From the NCBI GenBank assembly GCA_010093995.1, contig ML992519.1:158699-178698 (forward strand): DNA of 20,000 nucleotides, written 5' to 3'. Below the pieces are notes generated by a model. The model was not told the DNA's origin, made no database searches, and saw only the letters and a list, made by a program, of their open reading frames with translations. Below are positions 11,301 to 20,000 of the stretch, piece by piece. Each line of letters starts with the position of its first letter. Within the stretch, counting starts at the first letter, position 1. Source of the stretch: Elsinoe ampelina (lineage: Eukaryota). Both the position numbers and the translations under genes were made by a program.

Positions 11301-13139
11301 AGATCGTGTGTGTGAAGGCGGGGGAGACAACGAAGTCGGCTTTTCCTTCTTTCTCGGCTTCATTTGTAGTGTTGGACTTTGACCACCTGCCATGCTGCCA
11401 TTGCGTAGTGGCAGCTCTGACGTGGAAGGTGCGGCACTTGGGCGACGTGCCTCATTCGGCGTGATGCTCTTGCTTCTGATCGGGGCATCTGGGGACTTGT
11501 CGTAACCATTGTGGAAGAGCTCAGGGTCGTCCGAGTCTTCGGTGGAAGGCGATGTTTCGTCCCGCTTGCGAGGCTTCTTGTTGTCAATGGCGTTTTCCCG
11601 CGCGAGTTGTTTCTGCGTTTGGCTTGCCTGGTCTTTGCTTGTCAGGTAAGGATCCATTGCTTTGTAAAGGCTGCTTCGTCCTGGTGTCGGGGCGTCGTTG
11701 ACAGCTCCGGACAGCTGTGGTGGCTGCGGCATCGCTGGGACATCTCCGGCATCTGCGAGTGACTTCTTTCGGCGGCGGAAAAAGGAGGAAGGCTTTTTGG
11801 TGAGCTCTCGTGTACCTGCTGGAGCGGGAGAAGAGTCGCGATCTCTCTTGGTTGTGGAGGCATGGCCGTTAGGGTAGTGGATGTTGGAGTACGAACCCTG
11901 CCGTGATACTGAGGGACTACCAGATTGATTGGCTGACTCGCTGTTGTTGAGGTTGCTACGGCTGTTGGAGGAGCCAAAGACACGCTTGAAGAAGCCTCTC
12001 TTTTCTTCTTGCTGATAGTTCTTGTGCGGAGTACTAGTAGGAGACTGGTTGGCAGAGATGTTGGTCTGCTGCAGACTCTTCATGCTGCTAGCTCGAATGA
12101 AGTCGCCTGCGGTTGTGCGGACACTCTCAGGGACGTCTTGTGGTATTCTCGGACTACGCGGGATGTCGCTTTGTGATTGCGAGCTCTGTTTTCTGAGTGG
12201 AGCGGTGACCCTCTGGTCCTTTGCTGTCGAATCATATGTTTGCCTAGATGAGCTCGGGCTGTCTTTCTTCGAAGCTGCTGGTCCACTTGGTACGGATGGC
12301 TCAGGCGCAGAGCTCAGAGGAGTGCCATTTGAAGGTATCGGTCGACCTCGAGATAGAATCGAGTCTTGCAATCTCCCAGTCCGACTTCGCGAGCGATCTC
12401 TGTTCTGATTGCGATAGTCTCGTTCGCGTGATCCGTCCCTTGCGTACATTCTGTTCGGCGATGCCGACATGCTGTCCCCAGTTGTAATATCACTGCTCTT
12501 GCTTCCGTGTCTGCTCCATCCTCTTGCCGTCCGGACTGTGTCTGGACTCTGGCCGTCGACTGACCCTCTCATGCCGGTCATGATCCGTGTAGCGCTGAGG
12601 GCGGATGGTCGGCGGGTGTGGGGGGAGTCGGCATTGTTGGGTCTGCTCGGCGATTCGTTGCGGTCTTGCTCAGAGGAGATTGAATTTGAGTGATTGTGGC
12701 CGCGAGTGCGGTACGTGTTGAATTGGCTCATGGGCGGACCTGGCGGGCTCTCGTTGGAGCTGGGATTTGGCTGATTCGAGAATTGATCGAGCGACAAGAG
12801 CAAATTGTCAACCAGCGAGTCTCTGGTATGGCTGGTCCAGGACAGACCGTGAGAATGCTTGCGCTGCGTCTTTGGGCGAGAGGATGAAGAGGTACTACCA
12901 GTGGAGTTGGCCGGGGGCCCATCCTGCAACGGCTGATTGTCCTGGTGTGTGACTGTCGCGGTGGTTGGTGAGCGTTGTGAAGGGTCGCTAGCGGAACCGG
13001 TGTCAACGGTGCGGCCACGACGAGATGACCTTTGTCGTGTGAAGCCCGTCAAAGATGGGGTGGGGGAATGAGATGGGAGCGACTTGTTGTCGCGCGACAG
13101 GGGATGGGCATCCTGCAGCAAGGGGCTGCCCTGGGCCAT
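8360..13139 (-). CDS. Sec7- and PH-domain Arf guanine-nucleotide exchange factor (Syt1/EFA6-like), ~1576 aa
   Basis: Exons 13139-8784 and 8734-8360, with a 49-nt intron GTAAGT..GCTGAC..CAG. Long S/P/R-rich N-terminus. Sec7 glutamic-finger LKAESQQVDRIL and YSLLLLNTDMH; PH region PWAKEGILKHK..W..F..GT..EF..TANYWSARLSKEPL; C-terminal coiled coil with NWEKKSAYLLREIVKFRTYI. An extra 5' exon cannot be excluded. Confidence 0.92.
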
Positions 13140-13859
13140 TAGGAGTAGAGAAGCGCGGCGGTACCTGCAGGAGACGTCCTGTTCTGTAGAAGTGTACTAG
13201 TTACTGAGTCTACTGTAGTATGCGAGGTGCACGGCCGCTGGATTGCCTGTTTCGGATAGCTCCTTTCTCTAAAATGCTGTAGAGTCGAAGCTTGTGTACT
13301 AGGCGTAAGTAAGGCAGGAGCTACATCATGGATGGTCTCAAATTTGATCAGTGCAATTAAACCAAGGCTTCAGGTGCGTGATATGCAAGGGGGATCAAGA
13401 AATGACATTATACTCGAGGGACTGCAGATGATTCAGGTCATATTCAGCAGGGTCGTCTGCGCCAAGGAAAGCTCCATCAACACATGATAAGCCAATCCTC
13501 GACAATCGCATCACTGGAATGGACGGCAAATGAATTGAATAGTCAAGCGGATCATCTAGAAGAGAAGCTCAAGAGGACGACGGCAAGAAACCATAGGCTG
13601 AAGAGTATCCTGAGGGATACTAGAGAAAAGATTGAAAGACAGAATTCTGGCTGAGCTAGAGAAGAGCCGTGAGATATCGGAATCCACGTGGAGCTGCAGC
13701 AGAAGGTCAAGGAGCACAATGCATTAGCTGTGGTAGTTTTAGAGCGTTATAGAACTACCGACAGTAGCACACAGTTTCTGAAACCCCCTGTAGCCGTGAA
13801 ATTCGTCGTCAAGTGGAAGCCCCAAATTTCGGCAGTTCTGCGGTGCCGTGACTTCTCGA

Positions 13860-14057
13860 GCCCACCCATGGGCGATTTGGAAGACCATACATTCTAGTCC
13901 TCTACGCCGACTTGCGAAGAGATGGTGGAAACGCAATGCTTCCCTTCTGCAGAAATATCCCGACCTGGCTGCGTGGGTTCTACGATCATTCATGACGGAC
14001 AGGATGAACATAGCAGCTTCGCCATCGAGTTCACTTTGGGACGGGGAAACCACGTGA
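13860..14057 (+). pseudogene. Possible C-terminal fragment of a fungal BTB/POZ-type protein
   Basis: IWKTIHSSPLRRLAKRWWKRNASLLQKYPDLAAWVLRSF resembles the 'SPLRR..…YPDFA.D.L' helical tail typical of fungal BTB proteins. No intact upstream gene is visible. Confidence 0.35.
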
Positions 14058-14726
14058 CCCGACCTGCCCTGCAGCCATCAATCCCGACTGACGCCCACAG
14101 GTGCTCCTCGACAGCCTGAAGAGGAGGCAGATCCGCCACGGTTGCATGTCTTCAATCCCAGCTTGAGAGTAGCTTTGAACAATACCCTAGCAGGAGCTCT
14201 TCGAAAAGTGGGTCAGTTCCCCCTCTCATCAAGCGCAGCTCCAGTACTGTTCCCAATAATAACAAGAATAGAATGCCAAGGCGACACGAACTCAACTACT
14301 ACCAACAAGACCTCTTCATCAAGAGCAAGGTGATGATTCTCAGCTTGGGTCGGACGCTTCTTACCATGGTATGCACAATTCAACCACGCCAAGACGTCAT
14401 TGTCCAACAGATTGCATGCGACTCGTTCGCACGCAACCTTTTCCAATGGAGCTGATCATGCCTCTCGAGATGTACACGTCAAATGTGACAGAGAAAGAGC
14501 AAGTCCCTACAGCTTGTATAATCCAGACATCGCGCTCGCTTTCAGCCATTGCATTCAGGGTATCGAGATGGAAGGAGTCAGGGAAGCATTGGATGAGCCG
14601 GGCTCACGGAAGTCAGGTTTCGTCGTCACCTGTCCAGTTCCGCACCCACAACATAAATGCCACCCACACAAGGAACTTTGGTCGAGATCGTCACTCCGAA
14701 GATATCGCCGTCCAACCCACTCAAGG

Positions 14727-15449
14727 AAGCCGTTCTCCTACGGCCTCGTCTGACGGCTACGATGGCTCAGACAACGACATTCACGATTCATCACGATGAG
14801 GAAGAGGAAAGTCACCTGATGCCATCAGGATCAAGGACGAAGGCCGGGCCAATGTATTTCTTCATCCATCCTTGTGAAGCACTTACTATCGCACAGAGTA
14901 CTCACTCTCGAGAAATTGTGCTGATCATCATTGCTCCGGCAAAAGAGAATCGCTATATCCATCGCAACCCGCTTCAAATCGGGACATGAACATCTAAACG
15001 AACAGGATGGTATGTCAACTCTTGCACTTGCAGCAGCGCCTACATTTACGAGACACGCCAGACTGTGCATGTTCGTAGAGAGCGACGCCATCGATTCTCC
15101 CGCCAGTCAAGTCATGCTCGCGCTGCCCCACGACGACGCTCGCGTAGTCGAAGACTTCATCCACTGGGCCTATTTTCAGCACCTACCAGCAACGCCATCG
15201 ATTCTCCCGCCGGTCAGGTCATGGTCGGAGACTTCATTCACTGGGCCTATTTCCAACGCCTACCGGCAACCCCGACTACAAGTAATGAGACACGCCAGAC
15301 TGTGCATGTTCGCAGAAAGCAACGCCATCGGTTTTCTCGCCAGTCAGGTCGTGCTCGCGTTGAATGACTTCAAATCAACGATCGACAGGATTTTTGGGCT
15401 TTACGTAGATCATCATCAAAGCAGTCATCGTGTTGTCATTCCGAAATGA
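14727..15449 (+). pseudogene. Degenerate BTB/POZ-like gene, copy A
   Basis: Pieces in different frames: SRSPTASSDGYDGSD; DEEEESHLMP; EIVLIIIAPAKENRYIHRNPL (BTB beta-strand-like start); LALPHDDARVVEDFIHWAYFQHLP (LPEDD..F..W.Y motif); HARLCMFAESNAIGFLASQVV (L.V.A..Y.I..L motif). A degenerate 45-nt intron lies at 14854-14898. Confidence 0.6.
15050..15359 (+). repeat. Interleaved short direct duplications A-B-a-B'-A'
   Basis: 15050-15122 vs 15287-15359: 73 nt, 8 mismatches. 15147-15193 vs 15224-15270: 47 nt, 6 mismatches. 15188-15223 is a third partial copy of A (3 mismatches vs 15081-15116). Confidence 0.95.
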
Positions 15450-15600
15450 CCTGACAGTAATGTGCCAGTGCTCATGCGGTCCTTCATGGAAGATCGGAGG
15501 ACCATGATGCACATCCAACATCTAATTCAGGCGTTGCTGTCACGGGCGGCTTCGCGTGGCATTCGTTGAAAGCTGGCACAGAAGCTTCAGCTGAAGTGTC

Positions 15601-16182
15601 ATGTGGTTGATTGCCTCACTCGTTCTCGATGCCTTGGCCACTGCTTTCTCTCAGGTCACTGCTGCTGGAGCCGTCAGTCTGATGTGCTTGGTAGTATCAT
15701 GCGGGATCGACTACCACTCCCGGATACGTGACTGCGACGTAAGTTTTCCCGATGAATTTGCTCAAATGCCACGCGCTGACTCCCCCAGTTTGGACTCCAC
15801 GAAGATGTCGCACGCTTCTCGATATTCACCCGCGACTATTCCCACTACAGCAGCCTCCATGGTCAAGATACCGCGGACTCGCTCCAGCAGGCCCCAAACA
15901 CCGACATCTGCCCCACTGATCCCAGCGTTCCGGGAATCACCACAATTACATGAACATTCACCTGCGTCTCTCTCTATTACGGCAGCTTTCAAGGTCAAGT
16001 CAACGGTCCCAATGGCGCCAAAGATATCGCAGTCTCCTCAGAGCGCCAATGAGCCAATAAATCCTACCGATATCTGCCCAGAAGGTTCTCGAGGCGTGGA
16101 CGGTGCATCTCCGTCGACCGTGCTGGGGCCGCACACAAGACTGTCGACCAAGAGATCACGTGGATCGACCGCGATGCAATAG
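15601..16182 (+). CDS. Hypothetical S/P/T-rich protein or gene remnant (193 aa ORF; possibly starting at the ATG at 15766)
   Basis: Open frame with an in-frame internal repeat (YSPATIPTTAASMVK / HSPASLSITAAFKVK). No recognisable domain. Confidence 0.3.
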   Translation: MWLIASLVLDALATAFSQVTAAGAVSLMCLVVSCGIDYHSRIRDCDVSFPDEFAQMPRADSPSLDSTKMSHASRYSPATIPTTAASMVKIPRTRSSRPQTPTSAPLIPAFRESPQLHEHSPASLSITAAFKVKSTVPMAPKISQSPQSANEPINPTDICPEGSRGVDGASPSTVLGPHTRLSTKRSRGSTAMQ

Positions 16183-16541
16183 CCGAGACACCCATCGAAC
16201 ACCACGGTCCGTCGTACATTTGCTAGGTGATCAATCCTATTCATGCATCACCAGAGAATGCCAAATGCATGTCAATACTTCGTCAACGATCTTCGCCTCC
16301 CTCAGCGATACCACATCCGACACTTACCAAGATGCGCACTAAGCAGTGTCCGAAGTGTCAGCACCCAACAACATGGCATTTGAAGCCTCTCCGCCGACAC
16401 CATGAGGAGGTCATAATGGCATCAAGAGATGAAGCCTTACATTGGGGTCATCATTGGCGCAGCTTGCAACCGCGCCTGAACTGAATAGGGGAGCGATCGA
16501 ACTCGTTGTCGATGCACTCACACCATTCACTCAGTCCAATG

Positions 16542-16835
16542 AAGCTATTCACCTGCAGCTTCGTCCGATGGATCGGACGGCTCTGATCACGAGATGACGA
16601 TGAGGAAGATAGTCAGCTATTGTCCCCAGCGTCAGAGATGGAGACTAGATCAGCGTACGTGTCTCTTCTTCCTTGTTAAGCACTCACTAACACGCATAGT
16701 CTAGGCTCTCGAGCTATAGTCCAGGTCATTATTATAGTCATTGTCGGTCAAGGCAAGAAGGACCGACGTAACTACCATATACCCCTCGAGCTGCACGGCT
16801 CGTTACACGAGGAAGAAGAAAGTCAGCTGTTCCCT
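16542..16835 (+). pseudogene. Degenerate BTB/POZ-like gene, copy B (5' part only)
   Basis: SYSPAASSDGSDGSD; then, frameshifted, DDEEDSQLLSPASEMETRS; a canonical 45-nt intron 16655-16699 (GTACGT..CTAAC..TAG); then in frame LGSRAIVQVIIIVIVGQGKKDRRNYHIPLEL. Collinear with 14727-14980. Confidence 0.6.
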
Positions 16836-18391
16836 TTTTGCCTAAGGAGAAGACGTGTCCATCGAAGATTAAGCATACTTTGCTACGCTACGGGTGTAAT
16901 TTAACAAAGCGCCTAACCGAGGAAAAGGCTTATAGCGATTATAGCACGCTAAGCAAGAGTAGTGTAAAGAAGACAAGAGGTAGAAAGATGTCCCGAGGTC
17001 CCTACTTTAGTACTAAACTGTCGTCGTGTCCCTTATACTACTTCTGTCCCTCGGGACACTATCGATACTACTTCTCCTCCTACTCCTTAAAGCTAAGGGC
17101 GCCTAAAGAAGAATACTACTCCCTATACTAACTAGTATTCTATTTAAACTATCTAGAAGTTATAGCTAGTCTTGACTCTAGACACTATATGTCTTAGGAG
17201 GAAGAGTACATTCTAATGGTTTTACTAGAGCAGGGTTAGGGTATTTTCCTAGATTCTAATAGGATTCCTAACCTCTATTCTTTTGCTTTTTCTTCTATTT
17301 TTTCTTCTTGAAATTCTTAGATATTACTTACGTTATCTTAAGCTTCTATAATTCTTAGTATCATCTAGAATGATCTAGTATTACTCTTAGAATTATAGTT
17401 ATAGTATGCCTAAAATGTCCTAAAAATGTTTTAAAGTTCCCGAGGAAATATAGAGTATAGGCCTTAGTAGCTTTAGTCCTAGCAGCTAGGAACACTAGAG
17501 TACCCCTATAAAACTAGTAGCGCCTAGGTAGACTAGTAGACATACATAGAATACATGCTAAAGTAGAGTAATTTTCCTAGTAGACATAAGGTCTAACAAT
17601 TATAAATAACTATATAGAATTTATAATGTATGCCTAAATACCTAAACCTAAGAATTGTTAGGAGGACACCTAGGCCTAGGAGCCTTAATTAATAAGATTA
17701 ACAGCTAGGATCTTTAGTATAAACACCTGTCTTTTTTCCTGTCTTTGTCTATTCTATCTACTTCCTAGTATTCCCCTATGATTTCCCTTTGTCTAGCTCT
17801 CTTAGAATAGCTAGATTAAAATTTAATAGCCTTTTATAATACTCAATTAAGATCTAGTAAGCATATTATATAGACAGGAGTCGAAATAGAATTCTTAGGG
17901 GCTATAGCTATACTAGGATATAGAGCTACTATTATAAGTTTATTAATCTAAAGGTTTAGTCTATTATTCTTATTGTATTACCTATTGTTATATTGCCCTA
18001 GGCAATAATAAGCTCTTATATAAAATTGTTAGGAAACATTCCTAGGTTAGCCTCTAGCACCTAGGCATAGGTTAATACATTCTAAGTCTCTAGGGCATAT
18101 AAACCTAAGTATTTTACATGCTATATTTATATGCTTCTTTGTTATTATATTACTCTTTGTTTTATATGCCTAGCTACCTAGCATGACTTATAGATCTTAT
18201 ATATCTCTTTTATTCTCTCTAGCTTTCTTTCTTCCTCTTCTTATTACCTTTATTATAGTAAGTTTGCTCTATTATAGCTAGATCCTTATCTAGTCCCTTT
18301 AAGAGAGTTAAAGTAGCTAGAGATGCTACTATAGAGATTAAACAGCCTTTAATTAGCTCTAGAAAGAACTAGCTTTATAGCTTACTTATAG

Positions 18392-18427
18392 CCTTTATAG
18401 CCTTTATAGCTTTTATAGCTTTTATAA
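18392..18427. repeat. 9-bp tandem repeat (CYTTTATAR) x4, with degenerate copies just upstream
   Basis: cctttatag cctttatag cttttatag cttttataa. Confidence 0.8.
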
Positions 18428-18704
18428 AGCTTTTTACTAGTAAGAGATAGATATCCCTAGGGTTCCTTTACTTTAATAAGCTTAGTAGCCTTTATAGTAA
18501 CATATATAGCTTTAGTTAGCCTACAGATCTTATCTCTACTGCCTTAACTCTACTAAGAGACCTTAGAAGAGGACCTTTAGTAAATATAAGCCTTCCTAAG
18601 AACCCTAACTAACTATAACTCCTAGCACTAGCCCCCTAGCTCTCTCGCAATTTTGCCCTACCCTCCTAAATAATTCCCTAAGCCTAGTGCTCCTAGCAAC
18701 TATT

Positions 18705-19685
18705 ATAGCTCCTAGAGCCTAGCACCCTAGAACTCCTATTAACCTCCTAAACACTACTAGTAATAAGGTTACTAACCTAAACCTCCTAAGTACGTCTTAA
18801 ACTCCTAACCTAACCTAAATATACTAACAATTCTAGGCTTTACCTAGGTCCCTATAACTCTAGGATTTACCTAGTAGGTCTAGGCTAACCTCTATAGGCT
18901 TAGCTCCGCCTAGCGCGACACTCTAGATCCCTAGGTTAAACCCCTAATCAATTAGGACCTCTAGTATTTTAGCAAGCCCGACTCTAAGTTCTAGCTTAAC
19001 TAGCCTATTATCCTAAGGAACCCTAGGACTGTTATAAACCTCTCTAGATCTAATACTAACTACTTAGTTTCCCTACTTGTCTATAGTGCTAATAGGTATA
19101 CTATCTACCTAGCTAGTTAGGAATATACTTTCTATACCTAGGAGAATAGCAAGTATAACTCCTATATTACTATAAGGACTCCTAATAGCACTATGCTCCT
19201 AAGGGGTTCCTATACTAACTATAGCTTCTAGAACAATTATTATAGCTATAGCTTATCTAGTACGTATTTCTAAGTTTCCTAATCGATCCTAACTAACATA
19301 AGTCCTAGACTACTAGAGAGCTTCTAGACGCTCCTCTACTAACTCTACCCCTATACGTCCTAGGGCTTCTAGACCTATAAGACACCTTAGAGGTCTCCTA
19401 ACCGACGATAAGGCTACTAGGAGCTTCCTAATTAAGCTTCCTAACAACTCTAACTCTTCTAAGAACTAGCGTGCCTTAGACAATTTCCTAGCTCTCCTAG
19501 ACGATATTAAGACTTAGGTAACTACTCTAAGAGACAGGGGCTACTTAGTAGAGTAGGACAAGCTCCTAGATCTTACTAAGTTTAGGCTTATCTTTAATAA
19601 GGCTTAGGGCTAGTTAGGATCATATATGGCCTTAGGGCAACTTTAGAGGATATTAGGATAGAGTAGCTAGCTCTCTTAGTTTTCT
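18705..19685 (+). pseudogene. RIP-killed three-exon gene with six-Cys DUF3716-like domain
   Basis: Introns 18790-18836 and 19260-19308 (both GTACGT..CTAAC..TAG, phase 1) join a frame whose stops are all TAG until the TAA at ~19686. TAT (from TGT) codons at 19124, 19133, 19163, 19211, 19220 and 19247 give C-x2-C-x9-C-x15-C-x2-C-x8-C. The 3' end is uncertain. Confidence 0.75.
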
Positions 19686-20000
19686 TAAGTGTAAGGTAAG
19701 TAAGTAGCTTTCCTAGGGTTTAGATAGCTTTTTCTAAGTGTTCTAGATGTTATAATAGACTAGCAAGCTCCTAAATATTATAACTCTAGTTCTAAATTAG
19801 AAATCTTCACTAATAGTCTATTAAATTTCCTAGTGTTCCTATAATATATAAGTGATATAGTGTCTTTCTAATATGCTTAAACCTTCTAACCTTAGGTTAG
19901 AATTCTAAGCTTAGCTAAGAGTTAGAGCAATCTTAGGGTCTTTCTATAATTTATACCTAATATAATATTCTTCTAATTCGCCTAGACCTACTTACCTTAG

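Larger units (their letters stand above)
16900..20000. repeat. AT-rich RIP-mutated repeat block, element class unresolved
   Basis: TpA/CTAG saturation and CpA/TpG depletion increasing from ~16.9 kb. No long ORFs. No RT, integrase or transposase motif could be decoded in the part visible. Confidence 0.85.

Noticed and set aside
9317..13018. Many 60-150 aa ORFs overlapping the Sec7 gene
   Set aside because: Alternative-frame or antisense by-products of a long GC-balanced CDS.
2116..13139. Kinase + PA phosphatase + Arf-GEF + iPGM as a functional cluster
   Set aside because: Ordinary conserved housekeeping and signalling genes; no shared regulatory evidence in the sequence.
15050..15359. CRISPR-like or diversity-generating-retroelement template/variable repeats
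   Set aside because: Eukaryotic context, no regular spacers, no RT, and mismatches are bidirectional transitions rather than adenine-specific.
16838..17131. 97-aa ORF at the RIP border
   Set aside because: Non-ATG start and Tyr/Lys/Ser-rich composition typical of RIPed DNA.
18800..18830. CCTAA repeats (and GGGTTAGGG at ~17233) as telomeric repeats
   Set aside because: Too few and not a CCCTAA array; the first lies inside a RIPed intron, where such words arise readily.
16900..20000. LTR retrotransposon call for the right flank
   Set aside because: No RT, RNase H or integrase motif recoverable; the decodable gene has introns.

Overview
Filamentous-ascomycete genomic DNA (short GT..AG introns with CTRAY branch sites; RIP signatures). 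A GC-balanced island (~1.6-16.9 kb) lies between two AT-rich, TpA-saturated, RIP-mutated blocks. The island carries four intact genes: a CmkB-type Ca2+/calmodulin-dependent kinase (-, 5 exons), an App1-like DxDxT phosphatidate phosphatase (+), cofactor-independent phosphoglycerate mutase (-, 2 exons) and a large Sec7-PH Arf-GEF (-, 2 exons). These are followed by ~3 kb of decayed, partly scrambled BTB/POZ-like paralog remnants. Reversing RIP changes by hand makes both flanks partly readable. The left flank is a PIF/Harbinger DDE transposase relic. The right flank contains a RIP-killed three-exon gene with a six-Cys, DUF3716-like domain, probably part of an unclassified repeated element. All family assignments come from recalled motifs; no database search was run.
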